Source: an uncultured Gammaproteobacteria bacterium (GTDB lineage Bacteria; Patescibacteriota; Microgenomatia; Daviesbacterales; UBA10151). From it: a stretch of DNA of 33,791 nucleotides. Shown here piece after piece: positions 15,834 to 24,231 of the stretch. The notes below the pieces were generated by a model that saw only the letters and a list, made by a program, of their open reading frames with translations, was not told the origin of the DNA and made no database searches. The DNA lies in assembly GCA_964405065.1 (NCBI GenBank), contig CAYOMO010000002.1, positions 1 to 33,791 on the forward strand. Reading direction: 5' to 3'. The translations under genes and the position numbers were made by a program. Position 1 is the first letter of the stretch; each line of letters begins with the position of its first letter.

Positions 15834-16519
15834 TTGGTATCTCGACCTTTCTCTGAGGTAATTTCGCCATCTTTGACACGAATAATTTTTTTGGCATGGG
15901 CGGCGGTGACTGAGTCATGAGTGATTAATATAATTGTTTTCCCTTCATTATGCAGTTTTTCCAGCATCGCCATCGCTTCAGCTCCGCTTTTACTATCAAG
16001 GTTGCCGGTTGGTTCATCCGCCAAAATAATATCCGGATTGGTCACTATAGCTCGGGCTATAGCGACTCTTTGTTGTTGTCCGCCTGAGAGTTGGTTCGGT
16101 TTGGAGCCATATTTGTCTGACAGACCGACAGCGTCTAAAGCCTTTTTGGCTCTAGAGATCCGCTCATTTTGAGGAATTCCAGCGTAAATAAGGGGAAGTG
16201 AGACATTATCAACAGCGGAAGTTCGCGCTAAGAGATTGAAACTCTGAAACACAAACCCAATTTTTTTATTTCGTAACTCTGCCAGATGATTGTTACTGAG
16301 CTGGGCAACATTGTGGCCATCCAGTTCATATTCCCCAGAGGTGGGTCGGTCAAGTAGTCCAAGGAGATTCATTAGGGTAGATTTTCCGGATCCAGATGGT
16401 CCGACTATGGCTACAAATTCCCCTTTATCTATAGAAAGGTTGATATCCTTGAGTGCTTGGAAAGTGAGATCTTCGTCCAACTGGTAGATTTTATTGATAT
16501 TTTTTAAATGAATTAGCAT
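15830..16519 (-). CDS. ABC transporter ATP-binding protein (MacB/LolD-type)
   Basis: Walker [10 protein letters not shown], signature [14 protein letters not shown], Walker [12 protein letters not shown]. 4-nt overlap with the permease start. Confidence 0.93.
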   Translation of the reverse strand: MLIHLKNINKIYQLDEDLTFQALKDINLSIDKGEFVAIVGPSGSGKSTLMNLLGLLDRPTSGEYELDGHNVAQLSNNHLAELRNKKIGFVFQSFNLLARTSAVDNVSLPLIYAGIPQNERISRAKKALDAVGLSDKYGSKPNQLSGGQQQRVAIARAIVTNPDIILADEPTGNLDSKSGAEAMAMLEKLHNEGKTIILITHDSVTAAHAKKIIRVKDGEITSEKGRDTK

Positions 16520-16525
16520 ACATGG

Positions 16526-17608
16526 TTATTTTTTCTGTAAAGATTGAATGAATTTTGTAATTGGATTATTTGAAGGGGGAATGATAGAAGCTGGATTGGT
16601 CACAATTTGCTGATTTTCACTGAGTCCGGAAGTGATCTCAATATTTTCTGCTGAGCTAAGTCCTGTTTCCACTTTGACTTTTTGATAGGTATCACCTGTT
16701 TTGACATAAACCATATTATCTTCAATCAGAGCTTCCTGAGGAATTATTAAGACATTGATTAATTCTTTGGTAATAATATCGGTTTGGCCATTTAGACCGT
16801 TAACAAAGGTTAAATTGGGAGAGTTGAGATTGATTTGAACGATGACTACAGTGGCTCCTGAATCGGTGGTTTTGGTGGTAGGAATGATCTTTTCTGCAAC
16901 CCCTTTGAATATCTGATCAGGATAGGCATCAAGAGTCACCTCTGCCATCATATTGGGTTTAATCTGTCCGATATCTGTTTCATCTACTTCGGCATCAAAA
17001 TAAATGGCTGATTCATCAACGATTTGAGCAATGGTATCAGCTCCGGTAACTGTTTGGCCGGCAAGTGGGGAAGCTTGGGTGACAATTCCTGCAATCGGGG
17101 AAACTATGATGGCATCTTCAAAAGCTCGTTCAGCTTTTTTCATCGAATCATAAGCGTTGTCACGATCTACTTGCGCTAAGACTCGGTCTTCTTTTTGCTC
17201 AAATGTTTCATCGTCATCATTGCCTTTGGCTTCATCCTCAGCTCTTTTAGCGGTGGCATCTTTAGCGGTGTAGGTATTTCTGGCTTGCTGTAAGGTAATA
17301 GATAGCTCTTTGGTATCAAGTCCAGCAATTACCTGACCTTTTTTGACTCGATCGCCCTCTTTAACATTGATATAAGCGAGTTTGCCTCCTTGAAGAAATT
17401 TCAAAGTAGCTGAATTGGCGCCGGTCAGAGTGCCTGATCCGGAAATAGTAGATCGGATATCGGCTTTTTTTACTTCAATTATTTGAGGTTGTTCTTTAGG
17501 TGTTTCTGGTTTAAAACCCCAATACAAAGCTACAGGTAGTAAAAGAATAAGCGGAATCCAAATTTTTTTGGGAAGTTTCCAGAAGCGGAGTAATTTTAAG
17601 AATTTCAT
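16526..17608 (-). CDS. Efflux transporter periplasmic adaptor (HlyD/MacA family)
   Basis: N-terminal transmembrane span. Lipoyl-like hairpin VKEGDRVKKGQVIAGLD ... VSPIAGIVTQ, a short helical hairpin and a beta-barrel C-terminus. First gene of the three-gene ABC operon. Confidence 0.85.
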   Translation of the reverse strand: MKFLKLLRFWKLPKKIWIPLILLLPVALYWGFKPETPKEQPQIIEVKKADIRSTISGSGTLTGANSATLKFLQGGKLAYINVKEGDRVKKGQVIAGLDTKELSITLQQARNTYTAKDATAKRAEDEAKGNDDDETFEQKEDRVLAQVDRDNAYDSMKKAERAFEDAIIVSPIAGIVTQASPLAGQTVTGADTIAQIVDESAIYFDAEVDETDIGQIKPNMMAEVTLDAYPDQIFKGVAEKIIPTTKTTDSGATVVIVQINLNSPNLTFVNGLNGQTDIITKELINVLIIPQEALIEDNMVYVKTGDTYQKVKVETGLSSAENIEITSGLSENQQIVTNPASIIPPSNNPITKFIQSLQKK

Positions 17609-17660
17609 GGCGAATTTATATTACCTTATATTAGTTAATTGTTAAATTGTTAGATTTTTT

Positions 17661-17669
17661 TGATACAAT
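17661..17669 (+). promoter_or_regulatory. Extended -10 TGATACAAT, 7 nt upstream of the tsaB-like ATG 17677
   Basis: Read directly: TTTTTTGATACAATCGCATTGATG. Confidence 0.42.
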
Positions 17670-17676
17670 CGCATTG

Positions 17677-17985
17677 ATGAATATCCTATCTATTAATACA
17701 TCAGAAGCCAATAAAATAGCTGTGATATTACGCACAAATAGCCAGGAGTATCGACAAGAGAGCCAGCAAAAATTTGGATCTCAGGCTTTGATTGGGTTGA
17801 TTGAAAAGGTAATACAGGATGCTGAAATTGAGCTGAAAGATCTGACTGAGGTAGAAGTATCTACCGGTCCGGGTTCTTATACCGGTTTGCGAGTTGGGGT
17901 AGCTGTGGCAAATAGTTTGGCTTTTGCATTACAAATTCCTGTCAATGGAAAAAAAATGGAAACTGAATTGAAATATTCAGCTTGA
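17677..17985 (+). CDS. tsaB: TsaB-like protein, N-terminal half only (tRNA t6A37 pathway)
   Basis: MNILSINTSE... and GPGSYTGLRVGVAVANSLAFALQIPV match the TsaB N-terminal ASKHA subdomain. Only 102 aa, TGA stop, and the next gene starts 27 nt later. Confidence 0.75.
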   Translation: MNILSINTSEANKIAVILRTNSQEYRQESQQKFGSQALIGLIEKVIQDAEIELKDLTEVEVSTGPGSYTGLRVGVAVANSLAFALQIPVNGKKMETELKYSA

Positions 17986-17996
17986 TATAGTGGCAG

Positions 17997-18005
17997 TGAT
18001 ATACT
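17997..18005 (+). promoter_or_regulatory. Extended -10 TGATATACT, 6 nt upstream of ATG 18012
   Basis: Read directly: GCAGTGATATACTGATTTAATG. Confidence 0.42.
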
Positions 18006-18011
18006 GATTTA

Positions 18012-18932
18012 ATGAAGCTTCATCGTTGGGTTTTGCCCCACCCCGATACGCATGATCGAGCCCATTTACTTTCCTTTAAAGCGTTTGCTGTTTATATTTT
18101 GCTATTTTTACTGGTTGAGTTTGTTATAAGAGCTACCCCTTTAGGCCAAACAGCCGTTTTAGGCATTAGTACTTTGTCTGTGTCTGATCTGATTACCCAT
18201 ACCAATCAAGAGCGAGCTAAAGTCGGTCTTCCGCCTTTGCAGGAAGATTCCCGGCTAAATGCAGCTGCCGCAGCGAAAGCCCAAAATATGTTTGAGGAAA
18301 ATTATTGGGCACATTATTCACCATCGGGTAAGGATCCTTGGGGATTTATTCAGGGAGCTGGATACAAGTTTTCCTATGCAGGGGAGAATTTAGCTCGTAA
18401 TTTTGAAACTTCACCGGAAGTAGTTGATGCCTGGATGGCTTCGCCTACTCATAAAGCCAATATCATAAATACTCATTACACTCAGGTGGGTATGGCTGTG
18501 GCTGAAGGAACAATAAATGGTCAGAAAACAGTTTTAGTAGTTCAGGAATTTGGACGTCCTTCACAGGATATGTTGGCGGCACTATCTGAACAAAAAAATT
18601 CTCCCCCAGCCCCGTTACCGTCTGTAGGTTCAGTTGCTAGTACAAACAACCCTCAGCTTACTCAGGTATTAGTGGCTGGTAGTGAATCTGGTCCGGTTCA
18701 ATTTAGTTTAGGCCCTTTAAGTATCTCTCGAACCGTAGGGCTCACTATTATTGGTCTTTTGGTGGTGTTGATAGCTTTGGATTTGTATATATTACGGCGA
18801 CGAATGGTTCATCGTCTGGCTAGTCGCCATTTGCCTCATTTGGCCCTCTTGTCTGTGGCAGGGAGTGTTTTATGGAATAGTGGGGCTGGTCAGATTACTC
18901 AACAAGCAGTGATGTTTGTCATGGGGAATTAA
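18012..18932 (+). CDS. CAP (SCP/PR1-like) domain membrane protein
   Basis: N-terminal transmembrane span. NQERAKVGLPPL, AAAKAQNMFEENYWAH, GENLARNF, WMASPTHKANII..YTQVGMAV. Second transmembrane span near the C-terminus. Confidence 0.85.
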   Translation: MKLHRWVLPHPDTHDRAHLLSFKAFAVYILLFLLVEFVIRATPLGQTAVLGISTLSVSDLITHTNQERAKVGLPPLQEDSRLNAAAAAKAQNMFEENYWAHYSPSGKDPWGFIQGAGYKFSYAGENLARNFETSPEVVDAWMASPTHKANIINTHYTQVGMAVAEGTINGQKTVLVVQEFGRPSQDMLAALSEQKNSPPAPLPSVGSVASTNNPQLTQVLVAGSESGPVQFSLGPLSISRTVGLTIIGLLVVLIALDLYILRRRMVHRLASRHLPHLALLSVAGSVLWNSGAGQITQQAVMFVMGN

Positions 18933-18933
18933 T

Positions 18934-19191
18934 ATGAAAAAACATTTTATATCTCAGCAAGTGATTAATATCCTATTTCTATCTATATGTGCTAGCTTTG
19001 TGGTTTTATCTTTTTTACATCCGCATAACAATTTTTATCAGCTCAAATTGGTAGCTGTGACTTTGGTTTTATATTTTAGCTTGTCATATCTGCATCATTT
19101 TATGGACAAGAGTTTGACATTACGCACCTATTTTGAGTATATTTTGGTAGGAAGCTTAGCATTCCTAATTATATTAGGAGTACTAGGATAA
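18934..19191 (+). CDS. Small hypothetical membrane protein
   Basis: ATG at 18934 lies 1 nt after the upstream stop. 85 aa with three hydrophobic spans. Confidence 0.55.
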   Translation: MKKHFISQQVINILFLSICASFVVLSFLHPHNNFYQLKLVAVTLVLYFSLSYLHHFMDKSLTLRTYFEYILVGSLAFLIILGVLG

Positions 19192-19192
19192 G

Positions 19193-19227
19193 AATTTTCA
19201 ATTTTCAAAGCTCAATTTCCAATCAAT
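19193..19227. repeat. Heptamer array AATTTTC AATTTTC AAAGCTC AATTTCC AATCAAT
   Basis: Read directly. The first two units are perfect and are the reverse complement of the array at 19277-19304. Confidence 0.65.
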
Positions 19228-19276
19228 ATTTAATGAATTAATTTTCATTGAACATTTTTAAATTGTGATTTCATTC

Positions 19277-19304
19277 GAAAATTGAAAATTGATAATTGAA
19301 AATT
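19277..19304. repeat. Heptamer array GAAAATT GAAAATT GATAATT GAAAATT, ending at the rfbA ATG
   Basis: Read directly. It abuts ATG 19305. Confidence 0.8.
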
Positions 19305-20162
19305 ATGAAAGGCATTATCCTTGCAGGTGGGTCTGGCACTCGACTATATCCAATAACTAAAGCTATCAGTAAACAGCTGATGCCTATTTATGATAAACCG
19401 ATGATTTATTATCCGTTGTCGACTTTGATGTTGGCAGGGATCAAAGAAATTTTGATTATTTCAACTCCGGTCGATATGCCACGATTTCAGCAGCTTTTGG
19501 GGGATGGTTCTCAGTTGGGGTGTCAGTTTGAATATAAAATCCAGGATTCTCCCCGAGGTTTAGCCGATGCTTTTATTGTTGGCGAGGATTTTATCGGTAA
19601 GGATAAAGTGGCGATGATTTTAGGTGACAATATTTTTTATGGTTCTGAAATGGGGGATCAGTTGGCTCAATTTTTGCACGTTGATGGAGGAATTGGTTTC
19701 GCGGCTAGAGTAACAGATCCGGAGCGGTATGGAGTTTATGAATTTGATGATCAGATGAATGTCTTATCCATCGAAGAGAAACCAGAGCATCCCAAAACCA
19801 ATTATGCCAATGCTGGGCTTTATTTTTTTGATAATCAGGTGGTTGAGATTGCCAAAAATGTCGAACCTAGCCCTCGAGGAGAGATAGAGATCACTTCGGT
19901 TTTGGATGAATATCGGAAAATGGGTAAATTAAAGGTGAGTTTACTCGATCGGGGAACAGCCTGGCTTGACACAGGGACATTTGCTAGTATGATGCAAGCA
20001 TCTCAGTTTGTTCAAGTGATAGAGGAAAGGCAAGGGATGAAGATTGGTTGTATTGAAGAGATTGCCTACCGAAAGAAATTTATCAATACAGAACAGCTGC
20101 ATAAGTTGGCCGAAGGACTACTTAAAAGCGGGTATGGTAAATACCTGATGGCTTTAGATTAA
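19305..20162 (+). CDS. rfbA: Glucose-1-phosphate thymidylyltransferase
   Basis: MKGIILAGGSGTRLYPIT, SPRGLADAF, ILGDNIFYG, GRGTAWLDTGT-like (DRGTAWLDTGT). Confidence 0.95.
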   Translation: MKGIILAGGSGTRLYPITKAISKQLMPIYDKPMIYYPLSTLMLAGIKEILIISTPVDMPRFQQLLGDGSQLGCQFEYKIQDSPRGLADAFIVGEDFIGKDKVAMILGDNIFYGSEMGDQLAQFLHVDGGIGFAARVTDPERYGVYEFDDQMNVLSIEEKPEHPKTNYANAGLYFFDNQVVEIAKNVEPSPRGEIEITSVLDEYRKMGKLKVSLLDRGTAWLDTGTFASMMQASQFVQVIEERQGMKIGCIEEIAYRKKFINTEQLHKLAEGLLKSGYGKYLMALD

Positions 20163-20164
20163 TC

Positions 20165-21181
20165 ATGAAATTACTCGTTACCGGCGGAGCTGGTTTTATT
20201 GGTTCAAATTTTGTCAGATATTGGCTCAAAGAACATCCTGAAGATCAGGTGGTAAATATGGATGCTCTGACCTATGCTGGTCATTTGGAATCCCTCAAAG
20301 ATATTGCTGACAATCCAAATTATCGCTTTATTAAAGGTGATATTACCAATCAAAATGATGTAGCTGAAGCGATGAATGGTATCGATGTGGTGGTCCATTT
20401 TGCAGCTGAGTCTCATGTTGATCGATCTATCTTGGATCCGATGGCTTTTGTTAAAACCAATGTTTTAGGAACAGGTGTATTACTTCAGCAAGCTGTTAAA
20501 AATAAGGTTTCTAGGTTTCACCATGTTTCAACTGACGAAGTTTTTGGCTCACTCACTCATGAAGACCCGCCTTTTGATGAAAATACCAAATACGATCCGC
20601 GAACTCCTTACTCAGCTTCTAAAGCCGGATCAGATCATTTAGTTAGAGCGTATTCCGAAACTTATGGCCTCCCGATAACAATTACTAACTGTGCCAACAA
20701 CTTTGGCCCATATCATGACCCGGAAAAGCTAATACCCCGCTTTATTACCAACCTTTTAACTGATCAGAAAGTGCCTCTAATGGGTAAAGGTGAAAATATT
20801 CGGGAGTGGTTGTATGTGGAAGATCATGCCAGGGCGATAGATCTGGTGTTGCAAAAAGGTACGGAAGGAGAGACTTATTGTGTGTCTGGTGAATCCCGGA
20901 CCAATCTGGAAGTAACAAAAATGATTTTGGAAATGCTTGGTAAGGATGAATCAATGATCGAATATGTTCCTGATCGTTTGGGTCATGATTTTCGTTATGC
21001 GATAGATTCATCAAAGCTGCGAGCTTTAGGATGGGAGCCCAAACATAACTTTGAAGAATGGATGAAGCTCACCGTCGACTGGTTTAAAGACAATGACTGG
21101 TGGTGGAGACCGTTGAAAGAAGGACGACCCAATATTGATCCGTCTGCTCAGCGGGCGAGTTTGGAAGAAAAACATGATTAA
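20165..21181 (+). CDS. rfbB: dTDP-glucose 4,6-dehydratase
   Basis: TGGAGFIGSNF, HFAAESHVDRS, STDEVFG, YSASKAGSDHLVRAY, REWLYVEDH. Confidence 0.95.
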   Translation: MKLLVTGGAGFIGSNFVRYWLKEHPEDQVVNMDALTYAGHLESLKDIADNPNYRFIKGDITNQNDVAEAMNGIDVVVHFAAESHVDRSILDPMAFVKTNVLGTGVLLQQAVKNKVSRFHHVSTDEVFGSLTHEDPPFDENTKYDPRTPYSASKAGSDHLVRAYSETYGLPITITNCANNFGPYHDPEKLIPRFITNLLTDQKVPLMGKGENIREWLYVEDHARAIDLVLQKGTEGETYCVSGESRTNLEVTKMILEMLGKDESMIEYVPDRLGHDFRYAIDSSKLRALGWEPKHNFEEWMKLTVDWFKDNDWWWRPLKEGRPNIDPSAQRASLEEKHD

Positions 21182-21707
21182 AACAACTGATATCCCGGGA
21201 ATTCTTATTATTGAAGGTGGTCAAACATTTGGTGATGACCGTGGTTTTTTCCGTGAACCATGGCGACGCAACGAGTTTGAAGAGGCTTTAGGAAAATCCT
21301 GGGTGCATGTCCAGGAAAATCATGCTTTTTCCAAAAAGGGTGTTTTGCGCGGGATTCATATCGCTCCCTGGGATAAGATGATATATGTGCCATATGGTCG
21401 GGCTTTTATTGCGTTGGTAGATCTGCGAAAAGACTCACCGACTTTTGGTAAGCATATCTCTTTGGAGATTGGTGATAACAACCGAGTGAAAGTTTTTATG
21501 CCAGCCGGGATCGGTAATTCGTATTTGATATTGTCAGAGGAAGCTGTCTATGAATATCAGGTTAATGAATATTATCAAGCAGGAGCTGAAAAAGGTGTCA
21601 TGTGGAATGATCCGGAAATAGGTATTGAATGGCCGGTGGAAGACCCTATTTTGTCTGAAAAAGATCAAAAAAATCCAACTCTAAAGGAGTATAAAGCATC
21701 TCTCTAA
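21174..21707 (+). CDS. rfbC: dTDP-4-dehydrorhamnose 3,5-epimerase
   Basis: The start at ATG 21174 overlaps the rfbB stop by 8 nt. FGDDRGFFRE, HVQENHAFSKKGVLRGIH, GNSYLILSEEAVYEYQ. Confidence 0.9.
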   Translation: MIKTTDIPGILIIEGGQTFGDDRGFFREPWRRNEFEEALGKSWVHVQENHAFSKKGVLRGIHIAPWDKMIYVPYGRAFIALVDLRKDSPTFGKHISLEIGDNNRVKVFMPAGIGNSYLILSEEAVYEYQVNEYYQAGAEKGVMWNDPEIGIEWPVEDPILSEKDQKNPTLKEYKASL

Positions 21708-22583
21708 ATGAAAATTCTGGTACTTGGAGGAAGTGGTTTAGTTGGTTCGCGGTTTATTGAGCTGACAAAAGACCAGTTTGAAGTGGATTCCCCCTCTCAC
21801 AATGATTTGGATTTACTCAATGAACAAGAGATTGCTAGTTACTTAGCTAGCTCTGGTGCTGAAGTAATTCTTAATTTGGTGGCTATAACAAATGTTGATA
21901 ACTGCCAGGATGAGGAAGGGGATAAAGCCGGTAATGTCTACAAACTCAATTCTCTGGTTCCTCAAACACTAGCTCAAGAAGCTAAAAAGAATGGAAAACA
22001 TTTGGTTCATGTTTCAACTGATTACGTCTTTGATGGCGAAAAAACTGAGTCTCCGTATACTGAAGAAGATCAGACAAATCCGATCAATTGGTACGGCAAA
22101 ACTAAACAATTGGCTGAGGAATTTGTTTTGGGTGTTGATCCCAACTTTTCCATCGTTCGTCCTGAAATGCCGTATTCTGCTGTATTTGAAAAGCGAAAAG
22201 ATTTTGCTCGGTTTTTTCTCGATTCTTTAAAAGAGGGGAAAGAGATTAAATCAATCAAAGATCAGCAGATTACCCCAGTTTATGTAGATTTTGCTGTTCG
22301 GGCTTTTGCCAAGATTATTGAAGAAAAAGCTGGTGGTATTTGGCAGATTGCTTCAACCGACACCATAACTCCTTTTGAATTTGCCAAAGAAGTTGCCAGA
22401 CAAGCAAACTTGGATAGTTTCAAGATCATGCCAGTGACATTTGATGAATTTAATGCCGGAAGAAAAGCATCCAGACCTCATCACAGCTGGATGTCAGTCA
22501 AAAAGTTTGAACAAAGATTTGGAGTGGATATCCTAAAGACAAATAAAGTTGGAATTCAAGAATTTCTTAAGCAAATAAGATGA
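21708..22583 (+). CDS. rfbD: dTDP-4-dehydrorhamnose reductase
   Basis: LGGSGLVGS, HVSTDYVFDG, YGKTKQLAE. The start immediately follows the rfbC stop. Confidence 0.9.
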   Translation: MKILVLGGSGLVGSRFIELTKDQFEVDSPSHNDLDLLNEQEIASYLASSGAEVILNLVAITNVDNCQDEEGDKAGNVYKLNSLVPQTLAQEAKKNGKHLVHVSTDYVFDGEKTESPYTEEDQTNPINWYGKTKQLAEEFVLGVDPNFSIVRPEMPYSAVFEKRKDFARFFLDSLKEGKEIKSIKDQQITPVYVDFAVRAFAKIIEEKAGGIWQIASTDTITPFEFAKEVARQANLDSFKIMPVTFDEFNAGRKASRPHHSWMSVKKFEQRFGVDILKTNKVGIQEFLKQIR

Positions 22584-22601
22584 TATATATGTGATATATA
22601 T
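22581..22601. repeat. Direct repeat TGATATATAT-G-TGATATATAT at the rfbD stop
   Basis: Read directly. The first copy contains the TGA stop codon. Confidence 0.6.
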
Positions 22602-22643
22602 TACTTACATACTACATTACTCGATGAGCATAATATTCAATAT

Positions 22644-23117
22644 TTAGGAATATCCGGCTATGATTCCTAACATTAATAAAAAGGTTAGATTGAGTGCTAA
22701 ACGTATATACTGAATATTTCTTATTTCAGCAAGAACTATAATAATTATACAAGCGGGCATTAGAATATTTGCTTGATACGCAATATCTCGATCACATCTA
22801 TAAAAACATATAATATAGCTAAGTAACCAAAGAACTCCAGTTGATAGAAGGGAAATTGTCAATATTAAAGCTTTTAATCCGGGAGCAAATGTTTTTTTCC
22901 ATTTGGATAAGAGGAAATAAAGGAATAAATAAAATAAAATTAGTGGGATTTGGGAAATGAAGACCCAACGAATTAAGAATGCGATGTTTATAACAAAGAT
23001 TGAAATATTTAATACTGTTAATGCTTTGTCAGATATAAAAATATTAGGCTTTTTTGAAAATAGTTCTGGTTTTGATTTGTCTAAGATTGACTGGACGTAA
23101 TTACTATCAAAAGGCAT
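22644..23117 (-). CDS. Hypothetical four-span membrane protein
   Basis: 157-aa ORF starting 2 nt after the gmd stop. Visibly more AT-rich than its neighbours. No family motif recognised. Confidence 0.55.
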   Translation of the reverse strand: MPFDSNYVQSILDKSKPELFSKKPNIFISDKALTVLNISIFVINIAFLIRWVFISQIPLILFYLFLYFLLSKWKKTFAPGLKALILTISLLSTGVLWLLSYIICFYRCDRDIAYQANILMPACIIIIVLAEIRNIQYIRLALNLTFLLMLGIIAGYS

Positions 23118-23119
23118 TA

Positions 23120-24124
23120 TTATTTGAAGCGTTCGAGGTCGGCGTCTACCATGATTTTGACTAGTTCTTCAAATGAGGTTTTTGGTTCCCAGCCTAGGAC
23201 TTCTTTGGCTTTGGAAGCATCGCCGTTTAGTTCTTTAATTTCTGTTGGACGCATTAGTTTTTCGTTTGAGATGACATGATCTTCCCAATTTAAACCAACT
23301 TGGGCAAAGGCTATTTCGCAGAACTCTTTCACAGAATGACCTGAATTTGTCCCAATCACAAAATCTTGAGGTTTGTCTTGCTGAAGCATCAGCCACATAG
23401 CTTCGACGTATTCTTTGGCATATCCCCAGTCTCTTTTGGCATCCAGCATTCCCAGGTGAAGTTTGCCATCGGCATCAACAAGTGGTTCACCAAGTTCATT
23501 GAGTGGGGGATTTTTCACTCCATTTTTAATACAGGCAACTCCGGCGGAGATCTTTCTGGTGACAAAATGCATCGAACGGCGGGGGGATTCATGATTGAAT
23601 AAAAATCCGCCGCAGGTAAACATATCGTATGATTCACGATAACAACGCATCATCATATGGGCATACGCTTTGGCTATTCCGTAGGGATTATTTGCATCAA
23701 GCGGGGTTTCTTCTGTGGCGGAGGATTGTTCGATATTGCCAAATACTTCTCTGGATGTTGCCTGGTAAATTTTGGCATGGGGTGCAAACTGCCTGGCTGC
23801 TTCCATCACCCTGACGATCCCCAAACCAGTTACTTCACCAGTGTAGTAAGGGTGTGACCAGGAATCAGCTGGGACTGACTGAGCGGCAATATTGTAAATC
23901 TCATCAGGTTGATGCTTTTTAATTACTTCTTCCAAAGAGGTAGAGTCAGTTAAATCAGCGGCTTCAATAGTAATTTTCCCCAAAAGATGAGAAATATTTG
24001 GATGATAGTAGTTGGTAGTTCTGCGGAGAGTTCCGACAACTTTGTAATCTTTGGTGAGTAAAAGATCGGCTAAATACGAGCCATCTTGAGAAGTAACGCC
24101 AATGATTAACGCTGTCTTTGACAT
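23120..24124 (-). CDS. gmd: GDP-mannose 4,6-dehydratase
   Basis: ALIIGVTSQDGSYLADLLL, YQATSREVFG, NPYGIAKAYA, FNHESPRR, RDWGYAKEYVEAMW. Confidence 0.93.
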   Translation of the reverse strand: MSKTALIIGVTSQDGSYLADLLLTKDYKVVGTLRRTTNYYHPNISHLLGKITIEAADLTDSTSLEEVIKKHQPDEIYNIAAQSVPADSWSHPYYTGEVTGLGIVRVMEAARQFAPHAKIYQATSREVFGNIEQSSATEETPLDANNPYGIAKAYAHMMMRCYRESYDMFTCGGFLFNHESPRRSMHFVTRKISAGVACIKNGVKNPPLNELGEPLVDADGKLHLGMLDAKRDWGYAKEYVEAMWLMLQQDKPQDFVIGTNSGHSVKEFCEIAFAQVGLNWEDHVISNEKLMRPTEIKELNGDASKAKEVLGWEPKTSFEELVKIMVDADLERFK

Positions 24125-24167
24125 GTCTAAATTACCTTAAGGTATTCTTGGGTAATAATCAAGATAC

Positions 24168-24227
24168 AAGAAACAAGTATCCCATTTTTGCTTTTTAACT
24201 CAATTTGTACTTGTAATTTGTTTCTTG
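24168..24227. repeat. Inverted repeat CAAGAAACAA (24168-24177) / TTGTTTCTTG (24218-24227) between rmd and gmd
   Basis: Perfect 10-bp complementarity with a 40-nt intervening segment. Confidence 0.55.
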
Positions 24228-24231
24228 GTTT

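Noticed and set aside
14640-17608. The HlyD adaptor + ABC ATPase + MacB-type permease operon, considered as a novel secretion system.
   Set aside because: This is the canonical three-gene MacAB-like architecture common in monoderm bacteria, and nothing about it is unusual in sequence.
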